Notes under the pieces: model-generated
What the model saw: the letters and a program-made list of their open reading frames with translations, nothing else
Databases searched by the model: none
Told to the model about the DNA's origin: nothing
From: the human T2T-CHM13v2.0 reference genome, Homo sapiens
NCBI RefSeq assembly: GCF_009914755.1
Contig: NC_060925.1
Reading direction: 5' to 3' (one strand)
DNA: 64,000 nucleotides
In this document: positions 17,981 through 31,340 of the stretch, piece by piece
Layout: the number at the start of each line of letters is the position of its first letter
How positions within the stretch are numbered: position 1 is the stretch's first letter
Program-made: the position numbers and the translations under genes

Positions 17981-19222
17981 AAAAAAAAAAAACACATGAA
18001 ATAAACAAACCAAAGACACTTAACATGAAACAATATTTTGAAGCAACTATCATATACAGATAAATGTGGACAGCATTTTTTCTCCATTAAAAATACATAG
18101 TTAATGGAATGTGTACTTACCATGTAACTCAAAATGAGAATTTGGCCTTCAAAATAACTATTAGAGAGGAAATTAATCCTAAAAAGATATGGTTAGAAAC
18201 CATTCTGAAATTTTGTCAAAAGTTTCTTCCTTTCCTGTCTGCTTACTTGCATAATGTATGATGAAGGGATTGGACTTGATTGTCTCAAAGGTCTGTTCAG
18301 TTGAGCTCATGGCACTCTTGAATTTTTTTGGCTAAATTTCTGAAAGATCCACAAAATTGCAAAACCTTTAAAAATACTTTATTGTACATAAAATCACATC
18401 TTTGATGAATGAGGTGGTTTACTTTATGAAAGAATTTTAAAGAGGTTAAGGAATGATGTTTTCCTGTACTTTCTGTGCTGGGTTCTCTTCCTCCTTCCTT
18501 TTTAAGAGTGAGAATGAAGAAATTTAATTTAGATTAAGCATTGAAACAAACAAAAAGCATTGAAGCAAATAAGAAATTAGTCAATATTATAGGAACACTT
18601 ATTACCTTTTTTTTTTCTGTTCTTCTCTTTTACCCCTTCTTCCTCTTCCTTCCCCTCTTTATTCCCTTTCCTTTTGGAAGCATTTGAGAGTAAGTTGCAA
18701 TAACTATTACCCTTCTCCATAATTACTTCATTATGCATATCCAAAGAACAAGGGTAGTCTCCTAAATAACAACAATATAGTGACCAGATTCAGAAAGATT
18801 AACATTGATGCAATACTATATAAAAAAAATCCAAATTCAAAGTTATTTTCTTTAAACAAATAAAATGTCTATTTTAACAGAATAGGTTAAAAGGAAGGGA
18901 GGTCCCATTGCATTTTTATAACCCTTATTCCTTTGCCTCTTTCTTTCAAGTATCCTTCTCAGGGACTGGCATCTGAATGATTTCCCACCCCTACTGGCCC
19001 ATCCTCTTTCCTGTCAACACTTGTGAGTCTTTCCCGTGTTCCTTCAGGACTCAGCTAGGTACTGACAGCCAGTCTTCCTAGCCCGATGTCCATGGATGAT
19101 GACGATGGCTCCCTATGATCTCACTTTCCCAGGGGCATCGGCAGTTTTTTCAACTACTTTCAGAAATGTGGGCAGTTTATACAGAGCTTCAGAAGCCAGA
19201 GGAAGTATTTTGAAGAAAGGGG

Positions 19223-19573
19223 ACAATTGGTATCTCCTTACCTTACTGTAGCAAGTTTCTACCTATCCATAAGCAAATATGAACAATTTAAAGTTCATAA
19301 GCAAATGAAAACAATTAAAGTTTAGGGGTAGGAAATGATTCAGGTGCCAGTCTCTGAGAAAGATATTTAAAAGAAAGAGGGAAAGAAATGAGTGTTAAAC
19401 ATTCTATGGGACCTCCCTTCCTTTAAACTTATTTTGCTAAAATAGACAGTTTATTTCTTTAAAGAAAATAACTTTGAATCTGGGTATTTTAGTTAGTATT
19501 ACAATTGGTATTTTCTTACCTTATTGTAGCAGGTTTCTACCTATCCATAAGCAAATATGAGTAATTTAAAGTT
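19223..19573. repeat. Direct repeat with 73-bp cores (19223-19295, 19501-19573), each holding a minus-strand 21-nt microexon-like unit
   Basis: 6 mismatches in 73 bp by hand alignment. See findings. Confidence 0.9.
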
Positions 19574-22500
19574 TTCTGGAATTCAGTGTTTTTTGCCATA
19601 TTTGAGAAGCCAGTGTTTTCAATAGGTCTATAATATTCTGCTGTGGAAAAAAAGCAAAGAAAAGCAAGATACTGAATAATGTTTATAGAATGAGCTCATT
19701 ACCAAACATAAAGACAGTTTTTCTCTACATCAACATATGCTTGTATGAGTATGAGGGAAAGAACAGAAGGATACACACCAAATTACTAACATGGGTTACC
19801 TTAGGAAGGTGGGCTTAGCTTTCTCTTCATGTATTGCTATATTTTTTTACTTACACAAAACATGTATCCTTTTTGTAATTAAAATAAAAATAATACAGTT
19901 TTTGAGAAGCAAAATACTCAGAAAGCATATAAAACTTCTGATTTAACACAAAACTCCCAACTACCAAGAAGAGAAAGAAGGCCATTGATAGTATCATGGA
20001 ACATATTATATGGTACATAGGGGTTAATTGCTTAGTGATGAATGAATGACACAGGATTATCCATGATGAAATATAAGATCATCTTTTATATAAATCTGTT
20101 TCTCCTGGGTAAATTTTCTGGGTAGTCTTCATGCTAAGACAAATTTTGCTGAACTCAGGAGAGAAGCAAATTGGGAAGGAAGTAAGATTTCATTTTGGAG
20201 AAATAAAACTTGAAAAGGTTATATTCAAGAAGGGAAATGAGGTTTTCTAGTTGGATCCTAGGAAAGGCATTAGCACGTGCATTCTGACTTTTAAAATTCC
20301 TTGCCTCAAGTGTCTTCTGGGTCTTATGATTTCTGGACTTAGTACATTCACCTTCTAGGAACATTCTTTTTTCTCTTAAGACACTCTGAATGCCAGACTG
20401 TGTCCAGTGACGTATCATCTTAAGTGGTTGAAAGACAAAATATTTAAATTGCCATACATTTTGTCTGCCTCTTCATAGAAATGATGCAAATCAGTTTCAT
20501 ATTTCCAGTGAATTCTTTGACTCTTGTGGTCTCACATAGGGCCTATGAAAAACACAGCTTTTCCCCAAAGAAGACCTTCATCACTTGAATTTTATTAGCC
20601 TCCCCAAAGGCCTAGTTTCTGTCTAGTGTCCAGTCTTGGAAGCATCTGCTTTAAATTTCCTTTAAACAACTGTTATATGGAAATGACTTCCTTTCTTCTC
20701 TCTCCACTCCTCATCCTAAACTGAGCTGCCCGTCTACTTCTCACTGTAACAATCTTTGATGTCAGCTTATTTGTGGACCTCGCACACAGGAGTGGGACAA
20801 GTCACCAGCTCAGAAGTCTCAGGACCAGCGACATCAAGAGCAGGAAGTGGCCAGTGCCTCAACTTCACTCCCCTCTCCCTCCTGGAACAGGCCCTCCATC
20901 ACCGTAGATAATTCATGTCACTGAATGGAACATGTAAGCCATCTCACTTCTTTTTGTCTTCACAAATGCTTTAAACACAGGCTTGGAAAATCTGTGGGCT
21001 TCTCACACGTTCTCAGATATATTCCTTTGCACCTAACTGGAGTGAAATGATATGGTGCTCAGTGGAAGGAATCTGGTTGTGCCAGCAGAGGTTGGGGCTA
21101 TGGAACCATGTAACTGGAAGCAAGCAGTGAAAGAAACCTGGAAACTCCTGTCACCCTGTGCCTCAGTGCAGGCTGGCTCAGCAGCATCAACTTAATGTTC
21201 TGTGTGGGATGCTAGCACATTTGTGTTTGGAGCCTGGTAATTAGATTGTGAGCAGGAGGCAAAATCCCAGCAATCTGGTGGCATGAACAAATCTTGGTGT
21301 CAGAAGGCATGGTGTGTTGAGGCTTAACAATCTCAGCTCTATTTTTGTCTATCACCCCTTTGATACATGTCAAAAAAAATCCCACCCACTAGTTCTCTTT
21401 CTCCTCTCCCCATCAAGATCAAGCACCATAGACAAATTAAATAATAACAATAATAGAACAGGAAAATAATACACCGATGATCAGACATCAAAATGAAATG
21501 CAGACCCTTAGAACAACTTTGCTTCGTGTACTTTTAATACATTTTATATGCCACACGGCAATTTACTGAGAGGTGGATTTTAACATACCACATATGCTAT
21601 TGGCAAGATAAGAATTACTGAGTTGAATGTTGGTTCACTAAATATGCTGAAACCCTTTTACAGTGTAGACTCTGAGGAACAGCTAACACTCTCTTTATGG
21701 GCACATTGAAATGAATTGTGCTTTTACTGTATGTCATTGTTATGTTTCAGGGGACATGATTTCACCAGTAGCTTTGCCAAATTTTTGCAATAACATGATT
21801 CCACTGTATTTCTATTTTAGTACCACGATCTCATGCCTTGAAGTTTATTTGAAAAAAGAAAACAACATAAAAAAGAGTGAAGTTCAGCCAAATCCAGGTT
21901 ATTCAGGATTTAAGTTATAATCCAGCATGAAGATTATCCTAAACTTTTGCTTCTCTTCCTCACCTTTAGTATTTTTCATCTTAAGTGGATGTTCCTGCTC
22001 AGTAGCATATTTCCCAGAAAGAATCAATGGGATTTAATTAATTTCTTGTGTGAAATGCTGCAGAGATACTTTTTGAGGGAGGGAGAGAGAGAGAGAATGA
22101 GAATGTATGTAGAGAGAGAGAGAAGAGAGAAATGGTTGGAAGCTTTTGGTAATATTTTCTGATATGTATAAACTTAAATTACCTAGAATTCATGAGCACT
22201 TCTGCTTGTTATCCATGTAGAAGAGATCATTAAGAGATTGCTGTATTTTATCCATAATGTACTTTTCTAACCTACATTATTAGGAATAGGAATACCCCAT
22301 CTGCATGCTATGAATAACACCATGTGTGGAGAATCTGCACAGATCCTGAGATAATTGTAGGGATGAAGCTGTCTAAGGAGAAATCCCAGGCCTTAGGAGA
22401 GTGTGAACCTTGTGGAAAGATGAACAAAAGGGGAAGAGCCCTATTTTGAATCAAGGAAATCTTAACTCATGAGAATAAAATTAGTGTGAGGAGCCAAATC

Positions 22501-22853
22501 CTGAACAATCTTTAGTTTCCTTATTTTCTCTCTGATGACACTGTAACTGTCTAACTAAAAAGGAGAGAATCAAGTTAAGGAGCAAAGTATTTGGTCAACC
22601 CTTTAAACTATTTGTCGACATCATTTTATAGGTCAGCATACTTGTTTGAATTTTCCATTTGTCTTTAGAATATCTACCTGGAGAGAAGTCGATATTTAAC
22701 TAGAAGAGATGGACGCTGTTGGGCTAATACAAAAAGTTAAAAATTCAACCCATGAAACATTGGTTTTTATTTCATTAGCAATTTTGGTTTCATTTTTTTT
22801 ACCCAAATTAGGCTGAAAAATGAAATCAAAATTGCTGGTGAAATGAAGCCATT

Positions 22854-22987
22854 TTATACAAATAGCACTTTGCATCCTCAAAAAGAGAGATTCCACAGAA
22901 TGTTCTTGTACAAACACCTGTAGTTTGGGACCATGTGGAATCTCTCTTTTTCAGGACACAAAGTGGTATTTGTATAAGAACATTCTG
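22854..22987. repeat. Inverted repeat / hairpin with 44-bp arms
   Basis: 22854-22897 pairs with 22934-22977 (4 mismatches). A second overlapping IR pairs 22896-22918 with 22965-22987. Confidence 0.95.
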
Positions 22988-24884
22988 ATTCTGGATCCAC
23001 TAGCTGCAAGAAGACCTGATTGAACCAGTGCCTCCCGCTGTGGGTGAAAATCAGCCTGGCCTCTCCTGGGACACAGAGGGGACCAAACTGTCAGTCACTA
23101 GAATGATTTGTTCTCACTTTCCAGCTGGCTGGTTTGGTGCTGTTGTTGATGCTGCCACAGTCATTGTAGTGTAGGGTAGGTAACAGACTAGCCTTCCAAG
23201 CACCTAGCTTTCCACCTCCTTGCTGAGACTTTGGCTTGGTCTCCTAGAAATGGCTCCTTTTAACCCAATAAACAGGGAAGTGGGTGGGGGGATAGTTGTT
23301 TAAAAAGAGCACATTTTAATGGAAAAATGAGGTATTTTCCATTGTGGTAATGTGTCTTTTTTTTTCAATCATAAAATTGCTCAAAAGAGGAAGCAAAAAG
23401 AGGAACATGTATTCATTTGTTTCAACTTGAATTTGTGAAATGAGTTCTTAAGAAAGCTAGCAGGCATCTATTTCGAAGAATTATGACTCCTTTTCGACAT
23501 GTAAATATCGTATCATTTCCACAGTATAATTATCTCCCATGATGATCTAAATTTATATGACTGTAGATTCCAAACGCAGTTATTGTGGAGTTTCAACAAG
23601 ACCACATATGAGAAAGAAAGAGAGAAAATATCTGCATGTGTCAGTGTTCAAATGACACCATCAGAGACTGTTGAGAGTAAGACAAGACCTCTCCTTTGTG
23701 ACCAGTTAACTGATACTAGACAAGTATTGTTCTAGCAGGTAAAATGACTCGAAGATATCTTCAAACATTATATTTTTTAATAACCCCCATAATACAGAAT
23801 TACCTATGGATGTACATGTTGGAGTACATTCACGTGAAAGTATAGAATCAGACATTATTCAGGCAGACTTTCCCTGTTCCAAATACTCCTTAATTGAGGA
23901 ACTACCTTGACTACTAATTTTAAATCACAATAGTTCCATGCAGAAGGGAGAGCTAAGTTTTGGGTTACAAAATTTTGAAAACCACCATATAGAACCCACC
24001 TAAAATATCCAACCACCAACTTGCCACTGGCGATGGCTGAGAAAGCAGAAGGGAGGCAGATGTGGTTGTTGCCCAGTTGGAAATGATGATACTAATAAGA
24101 CTTTAAGTGAAGTAAGCAGAAGGAGTTTGGGGCATTTGTTATGCTCTCCTTGAAGCTCTGTTCTGAGTCCTCCCAGACCTGGCTGGAGATTGATTTTCCT
24201 TCTGTGCTAGATATCCTACGTGAAAATAACCATGGCAGTATTAATAATAGCACTGTAGCAGCTGTTTGGAAAGTGAGCACCTTCCATACCTTAACTTTCT
24301 ATTTTGCCTGGTAGATTGCACTCTTTTCCTTTTCACTAGCAGATAGTTCTCTGAGTACGAATCTAAAGAGAGGAGAGCCAAGGCTATCTATATTGCCTAT
24401 GGTAAGACAGCATAGTGAGACATTTCCTTAAAAATCTGGGAATGACTGCAAATGGCATTGGGAATACAATCATGAGTTGGTTGCCCCTGATGGTAGTTCT
24501 TCAGGTTCATGCATAGGAAGCTCCAAGGGAAGGTTGACTCATTAGATGCACCAAAGGTTGACTTACTCTAAAAATGAACATGTCATGAGCATGCACACAG
24601 GGTTAATAACATATATTGAGCTTTTCCTATATGCTAGATTCTTTTTTACCTTCTTATTAAATCCAAACAACAACGTCCCAGTGAAGATGTTGTTATCAAC
24701 AAGAATATAAGCAGAATGAGTAGCAATTTGGGTTCACTTGTATACAATAAACACTTGGCACATTTGCTTTTCAAATGATTTAATAAATGTTAACCTTATG
24801 GATGAAGAAACAGAGTTTTGCAGAGATTGAATACTCTGCCAAATTCCCCCAGCCAGATAACGCCAGAACAGGGAAACAGGCCTG

Positions 24885-25508
24885 ACACTATGGGGAGATT
24901 TTGTTCCCTGCCAGAGGTTCAGCATACCCAAATCCCCTCCCTTGTGTGGGCCCTGGTTGGAGTTGGACACAAGAAAAATTTGCATGAGATATGGAAGGTA
25001 GAAGTGAAGCAGCAGCTGTTATGCTCAGAGGATGGACATATGGATGCCAGGCACCATGACAGTGTCAACTTACACGTCATCACTTATCTGCTGGTTCACC
25101 TCGTTGGTGTGGGGCAATGGCTGGGTCCACAGCTTCTCTAGTTTTCAGCAGATCTCTTCCTTTCAGTTCTTTGAGTCCTGAGCCATGGCAGGAACCTTGT
25201 GCAGCTTCACGGCAAAGGACACCAGTCTCTTCTGCAAGTTATCTATATTGTTGAGGTTGGAGGCCATGAGATACAGATGTGGGTTTTAGTTTGTCTTGTC
25301 TCTCTGTTCATGTCCAGCTTGTCTTCCTGATTGCCAGCCTTCTTGACCTCTAGTGACTTCAAGGCTACTGCCAGATGCAAAGGCAACAGCCTCCCATAGG
25401 CTTCTTTATAAGTTCCCACAATGCTGTCGAGTCTAACCTCTTCAGTAAACCATTTATTTCATATCACTTGTGGTGGCTGTGCTTCCATGATCAAACTTAG
25501 CTGTTATG
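24885..25508 (+). mobile_element. ERVL-class solo LTR remnant (family uncertain)
   Basis: Ends in agtaaacc..tttcatatcacttgtggtggctgtgcttccatgatcaaac..ctgttat, resembling ERVL LTR termini. Confidence 0.4.
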
Positions 25509-27911
25509 GTTTGTCAGACTCCAAATTTCCAGGATACTGCACTCACTGGGAGACTATGAGGGTGAAGGCACGAGCAGGTTTCAGTGGGACTGGAATCCTC
25601 TGGCTTTAGGAAACTGAGTACTTCCTTAATCAGATGCTCAGAGAACAAAGCAAGGGGATATACATGAGCAAAACAGAAAATTGAGAAGTCATATCAATGT
25701 TTCATTTAGCTTATGAGATTACAGAGCTAGTAATTTCATGGCCAATTATATGTTTAAGATAGGCCAAAAATAAGTTGAAAAAATATTTCAGTGGCCGTTT
25801 GTGGACAATATAAAAATGACATTTTTCTGATTTCTCAATCAGTGCTTTTCAGTATCTTAGTCACAGCCTACATTTACATGCCAAACATCTGCATGGAAAG
25901 TGAAAATATGCTGTTATAACCTAGATGAAACATCTGGAAGATGATATTTTTCTACTTTTTATTCATTTGGTGTCACATAGATCTAGGCATCAACACATAT
26001 CTCTTTTCCCTTAACTTTAAAAAAACATGATTTTATTTTTCAGTGCACTTTTTCTGGAAAACAATTTTGCAAGGTGCAAGGTATTCAGATGAAGTGCTGA
26101 AATCTTGGCTGTAGGAAAAGTTAAGCATAACCAACCAACACTTACTTCAACCCCAACTGCAACACTTCTGAGACTTACCCTTTGCCATTTAGCACGTTCC
26201 TTTTGCTGTCTGCTTGCACACTATGTACCCTGGGACTTTCCTGGTTTTCTCTGCCTTCTGCTTTTGGGGTAATATTGGTTTAACCAATATTAAACCAAGA
26301 AGTACAACATTAGAAAGACCCAATTTTCTTACATGAAAGCAAGAAGTTTATTCAACTCATTGCTTCACTTTATTTCTAGGGGCCTTTTCTAGGTCCAGAA
26401 AGAAGTTGTCCTTAGCCCTAGACTTTCTGTACCTCTACCCACCCTCCCTTCAGTATGTATGTACGTTGTCTGTCTTGAGTGAGATAATATGCCCATGCAG
26501 ATACGCTCTTCTTTGTTTTCTAAGCATTAGGGTTGCTGATACACAACAATATTTTTTCTTGGTAGAAGTATGTTCCATGCAATATTTGGGATATATTTTA
26601 TGCACAATTACTTGCTGTTTAGCTAAAATTCAAATTTAACTGGGCATCCTGTATTTTATTTGCTAAATCTGTCAACCATAGTGTAGATACTTCTCGCATC
26701 CCCAATCTCCCAAAGCTCCCATTTTCTAAATCCTGCACACTGACAAGACTTTCAACAGTAAGTTAACTTCTGGACAGCTTGCCAGACTCTCCTTGAGGAA
26801 TGTGTTTGCCTTCTAGCATTTGGATGAATAATTTAGTTCTGCCACTAAAACAAAACATGAATGGGCATTTGATGTAAACATTATTTTCCTCACTGCTTTG
26901 GCTGAAGAGCTGAAGAGTTAGAAAGGTCCTACCGGCAACATCCACCTTTCTGAAATGCACTGCTTGCTCACAGACTTAAGGTGTAGCTTGAGCTGTTTCT
27001 GGGTTACACAGCTTTTCTTCTATTTCCGTTTTTTTCTTCTTCAAAGTTTCTAGTCTTCTTTTCTTACAGAAGTATGACCTCTCTTCAAGTCTCAACCAGG
27101 ACCAACATTTGTGCCATCCAGATTTTGCGACCCAGAAATGGCCATCTGACCAGTCCATGGAAGGCCTTCCTAGACTGGAGTGTGTATTCTTATGACCCAG
27201 ATCACATAATACTGACAGAGAGGTATTTGGCAGTGACATGGGTAATAATGGTAAGGAAGGGTATATGGACTACGATTTATAAAGGCTTTTTGAAATTAGC
27301 TTGAAAATAACACTTACTGGGATTTCCCACATTTTAAAACTAACATGCTTATTGTAGAAAAACATGCAAAACATACAAAAGCTAAAAGCAAACATAACAA
27401 AACAATCACTCACAAATTCACATCTTGAGATATTCACTGTTGTTATTTTTGGTGTATATTTATAATATTTTTCTATAAATTTATTTGTTGTTTCAAAAAA
27501 GTACCATATAACACAGAAATACACAGCAACTTTTTTTTGTGATTTAGCAATGGATTTTGAACATTTTTTTCTGTGCAGAGTACATGTGTATGTCAATAAT
27601 TCTCAATATTTTTTGGGTTGCAGATCTTATTTAAGAAAGTAAAGCTGCTTCTTTCACGAAAACAACTATACAGGTACCTAGAGGATTTGGGTACAATTTC
27701 AGATCATTAAAATACATCTGTAGATCCTAAAGATAAAGAAGTCCTGTTCTAAAGTATCACAACTAATTTGAATGACTGACATGGGATATTTTGAGGCTTC
27801 CAGTAAGAATTTATTTTATATAAGCTAAATAGGCAATTAGACATTTGCTACATTGGGACCTCATATTATAAGATTTTGCTTTTTTTTTTTCTTGGAATTC
27901 AGGTTTTTAGG

Positions 27912-28252
27912 GTAGTGGTCCCCAACTTTTTTGGCAGCAGGGACTGGTTCATGGAAGACAATTTTTCTGCTGAGCAGGGGTGGGAGGTGGGCAGGGTTGG
28001 GTGATGGTTTCGGGATGAAACTGTTTCACCTCAGATCATCAGGCATTAGATTCTCATAAGGAGCACACAACCTAGATCCTTTGCATATGCAGTTCACAGT
28101 GGCATTTCTGCTTCTTTGAGAATTTAATGCTGCTGCTGATCTGACAGGAGGTGGAGCTCAGGTGGTAATGCTCACTTCCCCGCCATTCACCTGCTGCTGT
28201 GCAACCCTGTTCCTAATAGGCCACAGACCAGTACATGTCCACAGCCCAGGGG
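27912..28252. mobile_element. MER1B-like hAT-Charlie non-autonomous DNA transposon
   Basis: gtggtccccaacttttttggca..gggactggtt..ggaagacaattttt..gatgaaactgtt.cacctcagatcatcaggcattagattctcataaggagc. Confidence 0.85.
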
Positions 28253-28804
28253 CATGGCAAGAGGAGACATTAGCAAATATGCAGATTGTCCTGTTTACAT
28301 GTCAGCTCTGAAGACTGTTGAGTTGATGGGTCTTCCCTTGGTTGCAAGCCAACAGCAGTCAGAAGCAAGAAACCTTGTCTAGATTTCACAATAACCTTGT
28401 CACAAGTCTCACGTTTCCTGTAGGAAAGCTGAATTTACCAGCACACTCACTGTGAGTAAAACTGTAACTCTGCTCTGAGCAGAAGGCTTGTGCTGAGGAT
28501 AAAAACAAATTCTCAGTGGAAATATAAAATTGATCTATTAATTCCTGGATGCTAAAGACAATGATTTTTTCCTGTCTGGTGGCTGTTTTTCTTTTGTATG
28601 TAACTTTCAGTTTATTTCCGTAGTTAGGAAAGAGATAAAGCAACTTGAGAAAGCATAGGAAGGTGTAGTCCCCTGAAATCTAAATGAAGCCTGTTTGGTC
28701 TTGCAGTTTCCTGTGCAGGTCTGGCCTGGGGCAGGACTATATGGGCATCTGCAGCCCACACAATGTAGGAAAAAGACTGGTAGAATATTATCATTAACTA
28801 AAGT

Positions 28805-29065
28805 AACTATAGATGTTCATTACTGAGCACTTATTGTACAATGGCCATTGGGCTAGGTGCTCTACCTAAATTACATTAAATTCTCACCACTCTAAAAAGT
28901 AGGTATCATTTTTCTTTTATGTGGAAGGGGCTGTGCCACTGAATGGGTAAGAGCACAGACTCTGGCTTTCCACAATCTCGATTCATACATATTGGCCTTG
29001 TGACCTTGAGAAAGTTACTTAGTCTCCTTGTGCGGCATTTCTTTCATCTGTAAAATGGGGCTAAA
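28805..29065. mobile_element. Two MIR fragments in opposite orientation
   Basis: tactgagcacttattgt..gtaggtatcatt (minus) and taagagcacagactctgg..tgtgaccttg..agttactt..catctgtaaaatgggg (plus). Confidence 0.6.
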
Positions 29066-29227
29066 ACACAAATTTGAATCCAGGTCAGAGTTTCTTTTTT
29101 AAATTTATTTTTTAATAAAAAATTTTAATGAGATGTAATTCACATACATTAAAATTTGCCCATTTAAAGTGTACAATACCATGTTTTTATTTTTCATTTT
29201 TAAATTTTAATTTTTATTCTTCCAACC

Positions 29228-29735
<508 letters not shown>

Positions 29736-31036
29736 CCAGGGTTTCTACCCAGGAAAGCCTACTGCCTGATTCAGTCCTTAGCTAAATTGTAAAGATCCCT
29801 TTGATTCCTCCCTCCAGCCCTCCTTTCTCACTACAGCACCCTCTCTCCCTATCTCCACTAACAAGATCTTTCCTTCCCTCTCCTTCTTCTCTTCATGACT
29901 TCGCTTGCAACTTCCAGTTTCCAGGCTACAGAATGCCAGCTTTCACAAGTGTGAGGACTGCTATGAAAGAGAGGCACATGCATAGCAAGGGCATTTTTAG
30001 ACCTCCAAAGCCTCAGGAACACAGGAAGTAATTCTCTAATAAATAGATATCTGGAATTGTAACTGGTTGAAGGAAATACTTGGTGCCAAATTCCTATTTA
30101 GTGCTCCTCAAAACACACGATGATGGAAAGTGGCCTCCTCCTTTTTCTAAATTAATTGGGCTTTGATATGGGTCTGGAAGAAACTCATGAGCTGCAGTCT
30201 TTCATTCAGGAACTTAATAACTTTTGGCCATAGTTGGAATGACTTGTCATGTTTGGGTCCAGCCAATAGGGAACACAGGTCACATCTTTCCCTGCATAAG
30301 CCCACAGCCACCCATGCTGTGGGTAGCTGTCCCTTTCCTTTCCCTTCATAAAGTGGATAGGAGGCGAATAAGGCTGAATAGTAATTATAAACATCTGGTG
30401 GTTACTTTATGATTAGGTCATGTTAAAGATTTTGGGAAGCCTTCCATCAGTCTCAGTTAATATCTTTCCAATTATGTTTACATTGACATTTACCCTGGGC
30501 CCTGTAACTTCTCATTATGCCTTCTGGAGTTATCCCATACGCTCTGGGCGTGGTGAGAAGTTCACCAGGGAGGCAAGGATTACTGCTGCTACTGCTTGAT
30601 CAAGGGGAAAGGCAGCCAGCAGTTCCAAGGAGCCAGGAAGGGACTGCCCAGACATGAAGAAAGATAATGTGGTTACTATTTTGTCATATACTTTGGCTTT
30701 ATTTTACCTGAAAGTTCAATGACCAAGATACTAGAAAAAGTCTTCATAGCACTGAGGGGCTGTTTCTGAATTAGAGACACAACTGATAGTTGGAAGCCTG
30801 TTGTTTGTGAGAAAGAATTGTTTGACTAGCAACACACCTAGCCTCTCTGCATTAATCTCCCAAATGAAATTCAGAACAGGTATTGGAAGCCTAGACATGA
30901 AATGAAAGAAAAATGTATGAACTAAGTACACTGATTGCATTCATTCAGCAGGTGTTTTCTTGTTGTCTGAGCAACTTCTATATATTTAGCTCACTGCATA
31001 ACAAGGTGCAGATACAGTGGTATATAAGACATTGTC

Positions 31037-31340
31037 AGCTGGGCACGGTGGCTCAGGCCTGTAATCCCAGCACTTTGGGAGGCCGAGGTGGGCAGATCAC
31101 TTGAGGTCAGGAGTTCAAGACCAGCCTGACCGACACGGTAAAACCCCATCTCTACTAAAAAAAAAAATACATAAAAAAAGCCGGGCGTGGTGGCATATGC
31201 CAGTAATCCCACCTACTTGGGAGGCTGAGGCAGGAGAATCAGTTAAACCCGGGAGGCAGAGGTTTCAGTGAGCCGAGATGGTGCCACTGCACTCCAGCCT
31301 GGGCAACAGAGTGAGACTCCGTCTCAAAAAAAAAAAAAAA
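31037..31340 (+). mobile_element. AluS inserted in an L2 remnant
   Basis: Full dimer. TSD aagacattgtc (31026-31036 and 31340-31350). Confidence 0.95.

Noticed and set aside
19242-19540. Butyrophilin heptad or casein-type 21-nt exons
   Set aside because: The phase-1 reading hits TAA, and no Ig, B30.2 or signal-peptide exons are recognisable nearby. Kept only as an unassigned microexon candidate.
22854-22977. Known miRNA or MADE1/miR-548-type MITE
   Set aside because: The sequence does not match any I recognise. Reported as an unassigned hairpin only.
30708-30730. Minus-strand 23-nt segment with tttttctag acceptor and CAG|gtaaaa donor
   Set aside because: Not frame-preserving and does not fit the phase chain. 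Such matches occur by chance.
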